This document shows, one piece after another, positions 10,271 through 20,614 of a stretch of DNA of 64,000 bases. This DNA comes from a bacterium (GTDB taxonomy: Bacteria; UBA8248). A program made the translations under genes and the position numbers. Numbering within the stretch: position 1 is the first letter of the stretch; the number at the start of each line of letters is the position of its first letter. Below the pieces are notes generated by a model. It worked only from the letters and a program-made list of their open reading frames with translations, did not search any database and had not been told where the DNA came from. The DNA is taken from NCBI GenBank assembly GCA_965203325.1, contig OZ241875.1, positions 3,936,001 through 4,000,000 of the forward strand. Direction: 5' to 3'.

Positions 10271-11092
10271 ATGGCTGAGTTCTTTGCTCACACAACATCT
10301 TGGGTAGAGAAGGAGAACCACAGGTTCATCGAAATCTCGAGAGGTTTGAGCGAGCAAGAGTGGCGCGCGTCCACCTTTTGCCCCGGCTGGTGCGTGGCCG
10401 ACGTGGTGGCGCATATGACGCTGGGAGCGCGTTTTTATGCGCACGTCATCCCTGCCGGCGCCGCAGGGCGCCTGGAGATGCCTTTCGGCGCTTCGGATCT
10501 GGAATCGTTCTGGTCGTATCGAAAAATAGCGGGAGATGAGCTCGTCGCGCTTCCTGACGATGAGCGAATAGACACCTTTGCAGAAGCCGTATGGCGGTTG
10601 CAGGAAATCCTTGAAGAAGTGCGCTCCGAAGATATGGATAAAAAGGCTTGGCACTGGCTTGCACCGTGCCCGATACGCACGTTTCCCGGACAGAGGCTCT
10701 ATGAACTGATCCTCCACGATTGGGACATTCGCAATCAGCCCGGTGGCGATTTACATTCCTCATCGCTTCCCACTGCCGTGGATTGCCTGCCCGAGCGTTT
10801 CATCATCTTCTTCGGTGCGCGGGGGGATAAGGATTTCAGCGGAACCATCTGCTTCGAGACGAAAGAGCCTGACCGGAAATGGGTGTTGCGAATCGAAAAG
10901 GGGCGTCCTGAAATCTTGTTTTCCGACGAGGGGGATTGCGACGCGCGCGTCATATGCGGCGGGAGCGACCTAGTTTTACTCACCACGGGCCGGGCTATGC
11001 TGGAGGAGAAGGAAGGAGGTGATCGCCTGCGCATCGAAGGCGACAGGGCGATGGCTGTCAAGGTGCTCGAGGTACTGAGCCGTCCCTTTTAA
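10271..11092 (+). CDS. Maleylpyruvate isomerase N-terminal (MDMPI/DinB-like) metal-binding protein with SCP2-like C-terminus
   Basis: STFCPGWCVADVVAHM and ELILHDWDI motifs. Confidence 0.85.
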   Translation: MAEFFAHTTSWVEKENHRFIEISRGLSEQEWRASTFCPGWCVADVVAHMTLGARFYAHVIPAGAAGRLEMPFGASDLESFWSYRKIAGDELVALPDDERIDTFAEAVWRLQEILEEVRSEDMDKKAWHWLAPCPIRTFPGQRLYELILHDWDIRNQPGGDLHSSSLPTAVDCLPERFIIFFGARGDKDFSGTICFETKEPDRKWVLRIEKGRPEILFSDEGDCDARVICGGSDLVLLTTGRAMLEEKEGGDRLRIEGDRAMAVKVLEVLSRPF

Positions 11093-11098
11093 CAACCG

Positions 11099-12382
11099 CT
11101 ATGCTTCAGAGGTTCCTCGTGGCGTTTCATAGACGAACAGGCACAAGAAGATGCAGAACACCAGGCCGATCGCTATCCCGACGAAGGGGATCACGTAGCT
11201 TCCCGTGTAGTCGAAAATAAAACCCGCCAAAGGTGGGCCGATGAACCCCCCCAGCCCAAAGAAAATTTCGAGCAGTCCGATGGTGGCGCCGAACGAGGGG
11301 CCCCTGAACGCATCCGCGGACATGGATGAGTAGCATACGCTCATTCCGCCGAGACCCATACCGTAGACGAATATGAAGACCCATCCCATCAGAAATTTCA
11401 ACGATATATGAGGGATGGAAAGCAAAATAACGATTCCGCAAATTGTCATTAAAGACGAAAGCGCCTGGGCGCGCTGCCGACCGATGATATCGCTCAGCCA
11501 GCCCATGGAAAACGTGGCGAGCATTCGGATCGCGCCCAGCATCCCGAAGAAAAAAGCCGCCAGAGCCGTGCTGTATTCGGCATCGACCAGAAAAAGCTGG
11601 AGCTGGCTCAATATCGAATTATTGTTCAACCCCATAAAGAAGACGACGATGAGTAGCGTCCAGAAGTTCTTTTTCCGGCAGACCTGCCGAAACACCTTGA
11701 GCAAGGAAGGGCTGGACGATTTTTCGCTTGCTCTGGACGGTGAATAGGCGGGAGGCTCGGGTTCCCCGTCAAGGTATTGCCCCACCTCCTCGGGGCTTCT
11801 TCGGAGCAGCAATGCAGTCAGGGGGACGACGATGCAAAGGATGGCCAGACCGAAAATCAAATAGGTCAGGCGCCAGCCTTGGGAGGAGATGAGCCATTCA
11901 ATAAGGGGGATGAACAGCAGGATTCCCGTCCCGCTGCCCGAGAGGGCCAACCCCGTGGCGAGGCCCCGTTTTTTCTGAAACCACTGCGGCATGAGGGCGC
12001 TGTGCAGCGCAAAGCCGCTCAGCGCCATCCCGAGACCCACGAACAAGCAGGGAACGAAGTAGACGTGCCAGAGTTCGCTGATGAAATAGCCCAGCGTGAA
12101 GCCGACGCCAACGAGAACCGACCCCCAGGGCATGACGGCGCGCGCGCCTTTTTTGTCGAACAGGTTCCCCGTGAAGGGGCTGACCAGCGCGTAGCTGCCC
12201 AGCATCAGGGCGTAGGCCCCGCCCAGGGCGCCGCGCCCCCAGCCGAACTCCTGGATCAGAGGAACCTGGAAGATGGAAAAAGAAAAACGCGCCGTTTGAT
12301 GAAACGCCATGGCGGTGAAGGACGTGCCGACGATTACCCACCCGTAATACATCCAGGGGCGGGTGGTTTTTCCTCCTCTCAT
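11099..12382 (-). CDS. MFS transporter (OFA/YhjX-like)
   Basis: 12 hydrophobic segments; YYGWVIV start; WFQKKRGLA; GWLSDIIGR. Confidence 0.93.
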   Translation of the reverse strand: MRGGKTTRPWMYYGWVIVGTSFTAMAFHQTARFSFSIFQVPLIQEFGWGRGALGGAYALMLGSYALVSPFTGNLFDKKGARAVMPWGSVLVGVGFTLGYFISELWHVYFVPCLFVGLGMALSGFALHSALMPQWFQKKRGLATGLALSGSGTGILLFIPLIEWLISSQGWRLTYLIFGLAILCIVVPLTALLLRRSPEEVGQYLDGEPEPPAYSPSRASEKSSSPSLLKVFRQVCRKKNFWTLLIVVFFMGLNNNSILSQLQLFLVDAEYSTALAAFFFGMLGAIRMLATFSMGWLSDIIGRQRAQALSSLMTICGIVILLSIPHISLKFLMGWVFIFVYGMGLGGMSVCYSSMSADAFRGPSFGATIGLLEIFFGLGGFIGPPLAGFIFDYTGSYVIPFVGIAIGLVFCIFLCLFVYETPRGTSEA

Positions 12383-12388
12383 GGCGGT

Positions 12389-13690
12389 CTATTTCTCGGT
12401 GCTGTAGACGAATTGACAGACGAGGAGCGCAACCGCCTGGAAAAGGACCACGATGCAGAAGGGTAGAACATAGCTTCCCGTGTAGTCGAACATGAAGCCC
12501 GCCATCGGGGGGCCGATAAATCCCCCGAGACCGAAACAGACTTCCAGTATCCCGACGATGACGCCGAACGAACGTCCGCCGTAGGCGTCTGCGCACATGG
12601 CCGCATAAGAGGTCGACATGCCGCCGACGCCGAAGCCGTAGGTGGCGGCGAATAAGAAGGCGAGGACGACGCCGTCGCCCGCGTGCGGCACGGAAAGCAG
12701 GATGAGGACGCCGAGTCCGGAGAGGAAAAGGGCGATGGCCTGGGCCCTTTTGTGCGACATGCGATCACCCGCCCAGCCCATGACCACGCTGCCCAGAATC
12801 CGGATGGCGCCCGTTAGCCCGAAAACAAAAGCGCCGAACGCGGTGCTGAAATTCGCGTCGACGAAGAATATTTGAAGCTGGCTCCAGATGGAGTTGTTGT
12901 TCAGGCCGATGACGAAAACGAGGATCATCAATGCCCAGAAATTCTTCTCCCGCATCACATGCCGGAATACTTCTCCCACTTTCTGGGAGCTGGAGGCGGG
13001 TGGTTTTGGAAACCCGGCGGCTTCTTCGTCCGATGCGCCGTCGATGTTCTGTCCGACGTCGGAGGGGTGATTTCTGAGCAGGAGCAGTTTGAGAGGCAGG
13101 ATGATGAGGAGTATCGATGCGCCGAAAATCAGGTAGGCGTAGCGCCAGCCGAAGAGGGCGATGAGTCTTTCGATGGTGGGCATCAGGATTAATGAGCCGA
13201 TGCCGATGCCCGAGAGGGCGATGCCCATCGCCAGTCCCCTGTTCCTGAAGAACCATCGCGGCATGAGCGCGCTGTGCGTTACGAAACCGCTCATCGCGAT
13301 CCCCACGCCGATCATGACGCCGATGAACACATACACGTGCCAGAGGGAGGAAATGAAAAAACCCAGCGCGAGTCCCACCCCGATCGACACCGAGCCCCAG
13401 GGGATCAAAGCTCTGGGACCTTTCCGCTCGAGGATAGAGCCCGCCTTTGGGCTGCAGATGGCGTAGAGGCTCATGCACAAGGCGAATGCGCCTCCCAGGG
13501 CGCCTCTGCTCCAGCCGAATTCTTCAATGAGTGGAACCTGAAACAGGGAAAAGGAAAAGGTTGCCGCCATGTGGAAGGCCATGGCGGTGAACGATACGCC
13601 GACGATCACCCATCCATAATATAAGCCGCCTGTTCGCCCGCGCCTGGCGGAGCGGCCCGAAGCCGGAGTGGAACCACCGGATTTGTTCAA
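12389..13690 (-). CDS. MFS transporter, tandem paralogue of the adjacent gene
   Basis: Same motifs (YYGWVIVG, WFFRNRGLA, FDYTGSY). Confidence 0.93.
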   Translation of the reverse strand: MNKSGGSTPASGRSARRGRTGGLYYGWVIVGVSFTAMAFHMAATFSFSLFQVPLIEEFGWSRGALGGAFALCMSLYAICSPKAGSILERKGPRALIPWGSVSIGVGLALGFFISSLWHVYVFIGVMIGVGIAMSGFVTHSALMPRWFFRNRGLAMGIALSGIGIGSLILMPTIERLIALFGWRYAYLIFGASILLIILPLKLLLLRNHPSDVGQNIDGASDEEAAGFPKPPASSSQKVGEVFRHVMREKNFWALMILVFVIGLNNNSIWSQLQIFFVDANFSTAFGAFVFGLTGAIRILGSVVMGWAGDRMSHKRAQAIALFLSGLGVLILLSVPHAGDGVVLAFLFAATYGFGVGGMSTSYAAMCADAYGGRSFGVIVGILEVCFGLGGFIGPPMAGFMFDYTGSYVLPFCIVVLFQAVALLVCQFVYSTEK

Positions 13691-13787
13691 GAAATCGCCT
13701 TTCTCTTCGTTTTTTTCTGAAGCATGGGTATAATGGCGCTACTCTAAAGGGTTTTCGTTCATTCAGAAAGCGCCGTGGGGATTCGAG

Positions 13788-15233
13788 ATGGATAGCGCCG
13801 AGTTCATTCAAAAATTGACGGATGCGGTGGGGGAGGAATTCATCCACACCGATCCGGTAGCGCTCAGGACGTATGATTGCGACGGCCTCACGATTTACAA
13901 GGGCATCCCCTCGGCCGTCGTTTTGCCGGAAAGCACCGAGGAAGTCAGCCAAATCGTGGAAATCTGCCGCGAGTATCGCGTACCCCTGATCGCCAGAGGA
14001 GCGGGCACGGGCCTCTCCGGTGGCGCGACGCCCCTGCCGGGCGGCGTGCTCATCGTTTTCACGCGGATGAACAAGATTCTGGAACTCGACTACGTGAACC
14101 GCCTCGCGCGCGTGCAGCCGGGGGTGGTGAACCTTCATCTGTCTCAGGAGACGCTGCCGCATGGCTTTCATTACGCGCCCGATCCTTCCAGCCAGGCGGC
14201 CTGCACCATCGGCGGCAACACGGCGGAAAATGCCGGCGGTGCGCATTGCCTGAAATACGGAATGACGACGAACCACATTATGGAGATGACCGTCGTCCTG
14301 CCGACGGGCGAGGTGGTGCATCTGGGCGCCGACGGGGAGGATGCGCCGGGTCTGGACCTGCGCGGTTTCTTCGTTGGTTCCGAGGGCACGTTCGCCGTCA
14401 TCACGGAACTCACCGTGCGGCTCACGCCGAACCCCGAGAGCGTACGCACCATGCTCGCTTGTTTCTCGCAGGTGGGAGACGCCTGCCGGACGGTGAGCGA
14501 CGTCATTGCCGCTGGAGCCGTGCCCGCCGCGATGGAATTGATGGATCGCTACACTATCGAGGCTGTTGAGACTGTGGTTCAGGCTGGTTATCCCAAGGAC
14601 GCCGAGGCCGTCTTGCTGATCGAACTCGACGGCCTGCCGTCTTCAATAAAGCCGCTCGAGACACTCATTCGCGATATAAGCGAGAAGAACAACAGCTCCT
14701 CGTTCCGGATCGCGCAGACGGAAGAGGAGCGCGAGGGCCTTTGGATGGGCCGGAAAAAGGCGTTCGGCGCCTTCGGGGTCATTGCGCCTACCTACTACTG
14801 TCTCGACGGTACTGTCCCACGGTCTAAGCTGGCGCAGGTGCTCGAGGAATTCGATGAGATATCCGCCCGCTATAATTTACGCATCACCAACGTGTTTCAT
14901 GCCGGAGACGGGAGCCTGCATCCCAACGTCTTGTTCGACGACCGGGTGCCCGGAGAAACGGAACGGGCAATTGAGTGCGGCTCGGAGGTGCTTCTCGCTT
15001 GCATCCGGGCCGGGGGCGTTCTTTCTGGCGAGCACGGCATCGGCATTGAGAAGATCAGAGAGATGAAGGATCAGTTCGACGAACCTACGCTCGAGATTAT
15101 GGAGCGCGTGCGCGACGCCATCGACGAAGATGGCTTGATGAACCCCGGCAAACTCATACCCGATGAGGAAAACGTGTTTCCGGTCGCTCTCAGCGGCACC
15201 ATCGCCCGGATGGGCGGGGGAATGACGAAGTAG
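13788..15233 (+). CDS. glcD: Glycolate oxidase subunit GlcD-like FAD-linked oxidase
   Basis: ARGAGTGLSGG, YAPDPSSQAACTIGGN, HAGDGSLHP, GEHGIG. Confidence 0.9.
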   Translation: MDSAEFIQKLTDAVGEEFIHTDPVALRTYDCDGLTIYKGIPSAVVLPESTEEVSQIVEICREYRVPLIARGAGTGLSGGATPLPGGVLIVFTRMNKILELDYVNRLARVQPGVVNLHLSQETLPHGFHYAPDPSSQAACTIGGNTAENAGGAHCLKYGMTTNHIMEMTVVLPTGEVVHLGADGEDAPGLDLRGFFVGSEGTFAVITELTVRLTPNPESVRTMLACFSQVGDACRTVSDVIAAGAVPAAMELMDRYTIEAVETVVQAGYPKDAEAVLLIELDGLPSSIKPLETLIRDISEKNNSSSFRIAQTEEEREGLWMGRKKAFGAFGVIAPTYYCLDGTVPRSKLAQVLEEFDEISARYNLRITNVFHAGDGSLHPNVLFDDRVPGETERAIECGSEVLLACIRAGGVLSGEHGIGIEKIREMKDQFDEPTLEIMERVRDAIDEDGLMNPGKLIPDEENVFPVALSGTIARMGGGMTK

Positions 15234-15240
15234 GAAAGCC

Positions 15241-16620
15241 ATGGCCCTCAAACTCGATTCGTTCGCCCAAACCATAGAAGCAGACTTAGGCGATTCCGTT
15301 CTGTTGTCGGATGCGAGGGTGGAGTCGTACAGGCTGGGCGGGAAGACGCCCTCGGTCGTGGTGAGCCCCGTCGACCATGAAGCCATATGCCGCGTACTCT
15401 CGCGCGCGAATGAAGCGGGACTGGCCGTATTCCCCTGGGGGGGAGGCACAGGCAGGGCAACGGGATATGCGCCCCAGAGGTACGACGTGGCTCTCTCTCT
15501 GGAGCGCATGTCGAAGGCGATGGAGTTTTTGAAAGACGACCTTACAGCCGTCGTCGAGGCGGGAATGAGCGTCGAGGACCTCAATAAATTGACGGGGGCA
15601 GAGGGCCAGACGGCGGGTCTCGACCCCCCGCATCCGGGAACCTCCACGGTGGGGGGAGCCGTCATCGCGGATCGTTCGGGTCCCATGCGGGTGCGCTGGG
15701 GCAAGGCGCGCGACCGCGTGATGCGCATGAAGGTGGCGCTGGCCGATGGCGCGACCCACACCTACGGCGCGCTGGTGGTGAAAAACGTCACCGGCTATGA
15801 CATGAACCGCCTCTTGTCAGGAAGTTGGGGGACGCTGGCTGTCGTTACCGAGTTGGCGATTCGTCTCTACAAGGCTCCCGAGTACATTGGAGCGAGAGCG
15901 GCCTCTTTTTCATCCACAGACGCAGCGTTCAAAGCGGCCAGGGCGCTGATGGCCTCGCCCCTCATGCCCGTTTGGGCAGAAGTGCTGGACGATGTGCGCA
16001 TCGCCGCTCTGGCGCCAGAGGACGGGGCCGCCTTGCCCGGCCCGGTGTGTCTCGTGGCTTCTTTCGGGGATTTTGAGGAAGGGCTGAACGATCAATTGGC
16101 CCGCTTCGAGGAAATCCTCGCGAGAGAGGGCAGAGACGACATCTTTCACCTTGATGATGAGGCGACCTCGCGTCTCGGTCACGCCATAGCCGATCCGCCG
16201 GGAGGGGATTTCTCCGGCCCCGAAGTGCTCGCTCTCAGAGCCTCGGGCCGTCTCGATCAGCTGCCCCGCTTCGCTGAAGCAACGAGACGAGCCGCTGAAG
16301 CGGGGAAATATCGCTCCGCCATATCGGCGCACGCGGGAAGCGGTGTGCTGCGCTCTTGGCTAACGCCTGAGGATGAGGAATCCTCTCCGCTTGAGGCGTG
16401 GCGCATCTTCTCTTCACTTTGCAGGGAAGGCAGGAACGAAAGCGAGGCCCGCTCTGTACACCTGCGATTGGATTCGGGGCCGGACTCGCTGAAAGAACAG
16501 GTATACGTGTGGGGTGAGGACGCGCTCGAACCTGCGGCGCTGCAGGTGATGCGCAACATCAAGAGAACCTATGACCCCAATGGGATTTTGAGTCCCGGCC
16601 GTTTCGTGGGCCGGACCTAG
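15241..16620 (+). CDS. glcE: Glycolate oxidase FAD-binding subunit GlcE-like
   Basis: VVKNVTGYDMNRLLSGSWGTL; C-terminal YDPNGILSPGRF; lies between glcD and glcF. Confidence 0.85.
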   Translation: MALKLDSFAQTIEADLGDSVLLSDARVESYRLGGKTPSVVVSPVDHEAICRVLSRANEAGLAVFPWGGGTGRATGYAPQRYDVALSLERMSKAMEFLKDDLTAVVEAGMSVEDLNKLTGAEGQTAGLDPPHPGTSTVGGAVIADRSGPMRVRWGKARDRVMRMKVALADGATHTYGALVVKNVTGYDMNRLLSGSWGTLAVVTELAIRLYKAPEYIGARAASFSSTDAAFKAARALMASPLMPVWAEVLDDVRIAALAPEDGAALPGPVCLVASFGDFEEGLNDQLARFEEILAREGRDDIFHLDDEATSRLGHAIADPPGGDFSGPEVLALRASGRLDQLPRFAEATRRAAEAGKYRSAISAHAGSGVLRSWLTPEDEESSPLEAWRIFSSLCREGRNESEARSVHLRLDSGPDSLKEQVYVWGEDALEPAALQVMRNIKRTYDPNGILSPGRFVGRT

Positions 16621-16634
16621 GAGGAAAGCCCTAA

Positions 16635-17990
16635 GTGGCCACGGACCAAAAAGCAGGTTTCGCGCAGGTTTTCCCCGAATACGAGAATCCCTTCGTCGGC
16701 CCGGATGCTCCCGACAGGGAGATGATTCAGCGCTGCATCCATTGCGGGTTCTGCGGCACGAGTTGTCCTACTTTTACGCTGCTCGGCAACGAGATGGACT
16801 CCCCACGCGGGAGAATCTATCTCATGCGCATGGTGACGGACGGCGAGATGGCGCCGAACGAGACGGTGATGAAACATCTTGATCGCTGCCTGGACTGCCG
16901 CGCCTGCGAGACGGCGTGTCCATCGGGTGTGCCCTATGGTTCTTTGATCGAGGCGGCGCGCGAAGGACTCGAAAAGGTGCGAAAACGCCCCTTGTCGGTT
17001 CGGATTTTGAGAAGAATCCTCTTCCGCTGGCTTTTACCGAACAGGGCGTTGCTCAATCTGGCGGGTGTGGCCACCCGGCTGTATCAGACCACGTTCTTGA
17101 AAAATGTTGTGAGGGGCCTGGGTCTTTTGCCCAAAAAGCTGGCCGAGCTCGAGCCCATGATGCCCGAAGCCCCGCCCGTATCCTCGATGAGAGCCCTTCC
17201 TGCGGAAGTCGCGCCCATCGGGAAAGAAAAATACCGCGTCGCCTTTTTCGGCGGGTGTATTCAATCCACCTTGTTCGGAGACGTGAACAGGGCCGCCATA
17301 CGCGCCCTGGCGGCGAACGGAGTGCGCGTCGTGTTTCCCGCCTCGCAGACCTGCTGCGGCGCGCTGCAGGCCCATGCCGGAGACAGGGAGGCAGCGAGAA
17401 TCCTCGCGCGCGAGAACCTGGACGCCATCGACACAGGCGGGTTCGACGCCGTCGTCCTGGCCGTCTCCGGTTGCGGGGCGATGCTCCATGAATACAAGGA
17501 TTTACTCGCGGAGGATCCCGTATACGCGAGCCGGGCCGAGGTGTTCAGCGAGAAAGCGATGGACGTAACCGTGTTCCTCGCGAGAATCGGCGTTAGAGAG
17601 GCGCATCACCCTTCGCCCCGGAAAATCGCGTATCACCACCCCTGCCATCTTTTCCACGCGCTCAAGGTGCGCAAGGAGCCGCTCGAAGTTCTTTCCGCGA
17701 TCCGCAACGTCGAGTCGGTGCCTCTCAAGGAGAGCGATTGGTGCTGCGGCTCCGCCGGCAGCTACAACCTCACGCAGACGGAAATTTCCATGCAGCTTCT
17801 CGACAGGAAGATGGGGCACGTGAAAGACTCCGAAGCGCCTGTGGTCTGCACGGGCAACCCCGGTTGCCAGATTCAAATCGCGTTCGGCGCCCGCGAGCGG
17901 GACATGGACCTTCGGGTGGTGCATCCCGTCGTCCTGCTCGATGAGGCGTATGAGGCGGAAGGCGTATACCGGAACGCGACCCTTCCATAA
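16635..17990 (+). CDS. glcF: Glycolate oxidase Fe-S subunit GlcF-like
   Basis: CIHCGFCGTSCP and CLDCRACETACP ferredoxin motifs; two CCG domains. Confidence 0.9.
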   Translation: MATDQKAGFAQVFPEYENPFVGPDAPDREMIQRCIHCGFCGTSCPTFTLLGNEMDSPRGRIYLMRMVTDGEMAPNETVMKHLDRCLDCRACETACPSGVPYGSLIEAAREGLEKVRKRPLSVRILRRILFRWLLPNRALLNLAGVATRLYQTTFLKNVVRGLGLLPKKLAELEPMMPEAPPVSSMRALPAEVAPIGKEKYRVAFFGGCIQSTLFGDVNRAAIRALAANGVRVVFPASQTCCGALQAHAGDREAARILARENLDAIDTGGFDAVVLAVSGCGAMLHEYKDLLAEDPVYASRAEVFSEKAMDVTVFLARIGVREAHHPSPRKIAYHHPCHLFHALKVRKEPLEVLSAIRNVESVPLKESDWCCGSAGSYNLTQTEISMQLLDRKMGHVKDSEAPVVCTGNPGCQIQIAFGARERDMDLRVVHPVVLLDEAYEAEGVYRNATLP

Positions 17991-18015
17991 CCTGATACCG
18001 GCGAGGTGCTTGAAG

Positions 18016-18963
18016 ATGACCAAACATATTTCCAGGGCCGTACCCACAACGATTATCCGTTTTGCTGAAATCATGCCCGATTGGGCATCGTCTCCCGATG
18101 CCCGCGAGGAGGGGCGCCACCGGGCCGTTTACCGTTATATTGGCGGACCTCGCGACAAAGAGCCCAAAGCGGCGCTCCCCGGATGGGAATTCGCCAACGG
18201 AATCGTGATGGCGCCTCCCGGAAACGGCGCCCCGATGCACAGCCACGGGTTCGAGGAAGTTTTCATGGTGTGGCATGGCGCGTTCGAAGTTTCGTGGGTC
18301 GATCCGCGCGATGGAGAGATAAAAAACGTCGATCTCGGGCTTTACGACGCCATCCGGATGCCGCCGGGCGTCATGCGCGGCTACAGGAACTCAGGCGATG
18401 AGGATGGGTTTCTTTACTACCTACATGGCCGCGGCGCGTATGAGCCGCCCGTGTTTCAGGGAAATGGGGAGGACGCGGCGAGCGAGAGTGCTTCTTTCGT
18501 CGATCCCCACACCCAGGTGGTGCGCTATGATGATTGCCCCAAGAATTTTCAGGTCTATCATGAAACCTCGCTGCCGGAGGGCGTTCGGGGGATTCGGCGC
18601 TATATAGGACACGTGGGCGGTGAACTCGAGGGCGTTGGTCCGCCTCCGTCTTTATCAGAGGGAGAGTTCTCCTTCGTCATCAACGAGAACCGGGTGGGCT
18701 CGGGCGCTCCGCTGCACGATCACTCAGACCTGGAAGAGGCCTTCATTCCTCTTGAGAGCGACTGGACGGTGTTCTGGACCGATGAGAGGGGAGATTCGTA
18801 TCAAGAGGTTCTCGGCCCATGGGACATGTGCTGGACGCCGGCGGGCGTACACCGCGGATTTCGCAATTCAGGCCGGGGATGGGGTAAGCTACACGTCATT
18901 CAGGGCCAGGGAGGCGCGCTGCCGCCCGCGTATGACCAAGATTATTCACACCTGAAAAATTAA
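18016..18963 (+). CDS. Bicupin (two cupin domains) protein
   Basis: GAPMHSHGFEEVF...PGVMRGYRN and GAPLHDHSDLEEAF...AGVHRGFRN. Confidence 0.85.
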   Translation: MTKHISRAVPTTIIRFAEIMPDWASSPDAREEGRHRAVYRYIGGPRDKEPKAALPGWEFANGIVMAPPGNGAPMHSHGFEEVFMVWHGAFEVSWVDPRDGEIKNVDLGLYDAIRMPPGVMRGYRNSGDEDGFLYYLHGRGAYEPPVFQGNGEDAASESASFVDPHTQVVRYDDCPKNFQVYHETSLPEGVRGIRRYIGHVGGELEGVGPPPSLSEGEFSFVINENRVGSGAPLHDHSDLEEAFIPLESDWTVFWTDERGDSYQEVLGPWDMCWTPAGVHRGFRNSGRGWGKLHVIQGQGGALPPAYDQDYSHLKN

Positions 18964-18978
18964 GGGAATCTGGATTTA

Positions 18979-19989
18979 GTGGTTCCACCACGGAAGAATG
19001 TAAATTCGAAACGAGTGGAGCGAATCGATCACTACATCGACTCGCTTGACCCCGGCATCACTTTGCACCTGAGAGAAAAACGTCCCAGGGGCAAGAAGAA
19101 ATTCGAGGATCAGGCGACACTCCTCATGGTGCACGGGCGGATGGCGCCATGCCCCGTGGCCTACGACTTGCCGGTTCCCGGCTATTCATGGATGGATTAT
19201 ATCGCTTCCCGCGGGTTCGACGTCTTCGCGCTCTCGATTCGAGGTTTTGGGGAATCGACTTGGCCCCAGGAGATGCTCGCAAGCCCTAAGGGGAAGCCTC
19301 CAGCAATTCCGGGCAAGGTGGCCGTGAGGGACATCAAGGCGGCGGTCGACTTCATTTGCGAACGGCGTGGGGTGAACAAACTCGGCATCCTGGGCCGTTC
19401 GTGGGGGACGACGACGAGCCCGGCGTATGCGGCCGATAATATGAAGCAAGTGCATAAACTCGTTCTTTATGCGCCTTATTACGCCTATGACAACCCCCAG
19501 CGCGCGAGGCGGATGGAAGATCCCATTAAACCCGGGGTATTCGACGCGAGGCGAGGTGCTTGGTCCTGGTGTACGGAAAAAGACGTGCACCAGCGCTGGT
19601 GGGGCCATATCCCGGGGGATGCCCATCACAAATGGCGCGATCCCAAGGTACTCAAGACTTATTTTCGCGAACTGCTTCGCTACGATCCGGAAGGCGCCAG
19701 GCGCAAGACACCCGCGTTCCGGCTGGCGAACGGCTCCCTGGCTGATCTGTACGACAGGGCGAGGAACATACCGCTTTATGACGCGGGCAAGATTACGTGT
19801 CCCGTGTTGCTCATCAGGGGAGATCAGGACGGCGCCTCGGCTGACCCGGAAGCCTGGGGGCTTTACAAGGCGCTCTGCAACAGCCGGGGCAAGCGCTACG
19901 TCATCATCAACGACGGCACGCATTTCATGGAACTGGAAAAGCGCAGAATGGAGCTCTTGAGCGAGGTTCAGTTGTTCCTGGAAGGGTGA
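18979..19989 (+). CDS. Alpha/beta fold hydrolase
   Basis: LMVHG, nucleophile elbow GRSWG, PVLLIRGDQD, catalytic-His region GTHF. Confidence 0.88.
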   Translation: MVPPRKNVNSKRVERIDHYIDSLDPGITLHLREKRPRGKKKFEDQATLLMVHGRMAPCPVAYDLPVPGYSWMDYIASRGFDVFALSIRGFGESTWPQEMLASPKGKPPAIPGKVAVRDIKAAVDFICERRGVNKLGILGRSWGTTTSPAYAADNMKQVHKLVLYAPYYAYDNPQRARRMEDPIKPGVFDARRGAWSWCTEKDVHQRWWGHIPGDAHHKWRDPKVLKTYFRELLRYDPEGARRKTPAFRLANGSLADLYDRARNIPLYDAGKITCPVLLIRGDQDGASADPEAWGLYKALCNSRGKRYVIINDGTHFMELEKRRMELLSEVQLFLEG

Positions 19990-20100
19990 ATTCTCGCCCG
20001 CGTCGGCTCCGCCCTTGCGCTTTGAGAAGCGAACGACTAGATTAGGCCACCTTCGAGAAAACGGGAATTTTCATATCGTTTCCAATACAAAGGAGCATCC

Positions 20101-20553
20101 ATGTCTGCGATATCCGCACCCACGAAACAGCGCTGGTGTCTCATCGATTCGACGGCCATCGGCGTGGACAAGAAATACGAGCCGCCCCTCATCATCGCGT
20201 GGGGCGTGGACAGCAATGCCACCGGCACCCAGACCATCACGATGGGGCGCACCATCATTCCCCCCAAGGGCCGCAACCAGAGGCACTACCACGTCTGCGA
20301 CGCGACGTTCTACATCGTCAAGGGCCCGATCATCGTCTGGATGGGAGAAGAGAGGGAAGAGCATACCGTGCCCTCGGGTACGTTCGTCTATTGCGCGGCT
20401 GGCGAGATTCACGGTCTCTACAACCCGAGCGAAACCGAGGACGCCGAACTCGTCTTCACGTATGGCAATTGCCCCAACCGGGACGCCGCCAAAACCATCT
20501 ATGTGGAAAACGAGTGGATGGAAGAGGACAGCAGGGACAAGATTCCCGGCTAA
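20101..20553 (+). CDS. Cupin domain protein
   Basis: NQRHYH...AGEIHGLYN; SD AAGGAG upstream. Confidence 0.85.
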   Translation: MSAISAPTKQRWCLIDSTAIGVDKKYEPPLIIAWGVDSNATGTQTITMGRTIIPPKGRNQRHYHVCDATFYIVKGPIIVWMGEEREEHTVPSGTFVYCAAGEIHGLYNPSETEDAELVFTYGNCPNRDAAKTIYVENEWMEEDSRDKIPG

Positions 20554-20571
20554 GCACCAAGCAAGAAAAAG

Positions 20572-20601
20572 AAAAAGCCGGCCCATGAGGCCGGCTTTTT
20601 T
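20572..20601. terminator. Bidirectional intrinsic terminator
   Basis: AAAAAGCCGGCC-CATGA-GGCCGGCTTTTTT between convergent genes. Confidence 0.85.
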
Positions 20602-20614
20602 CGTCAGTGGATTT

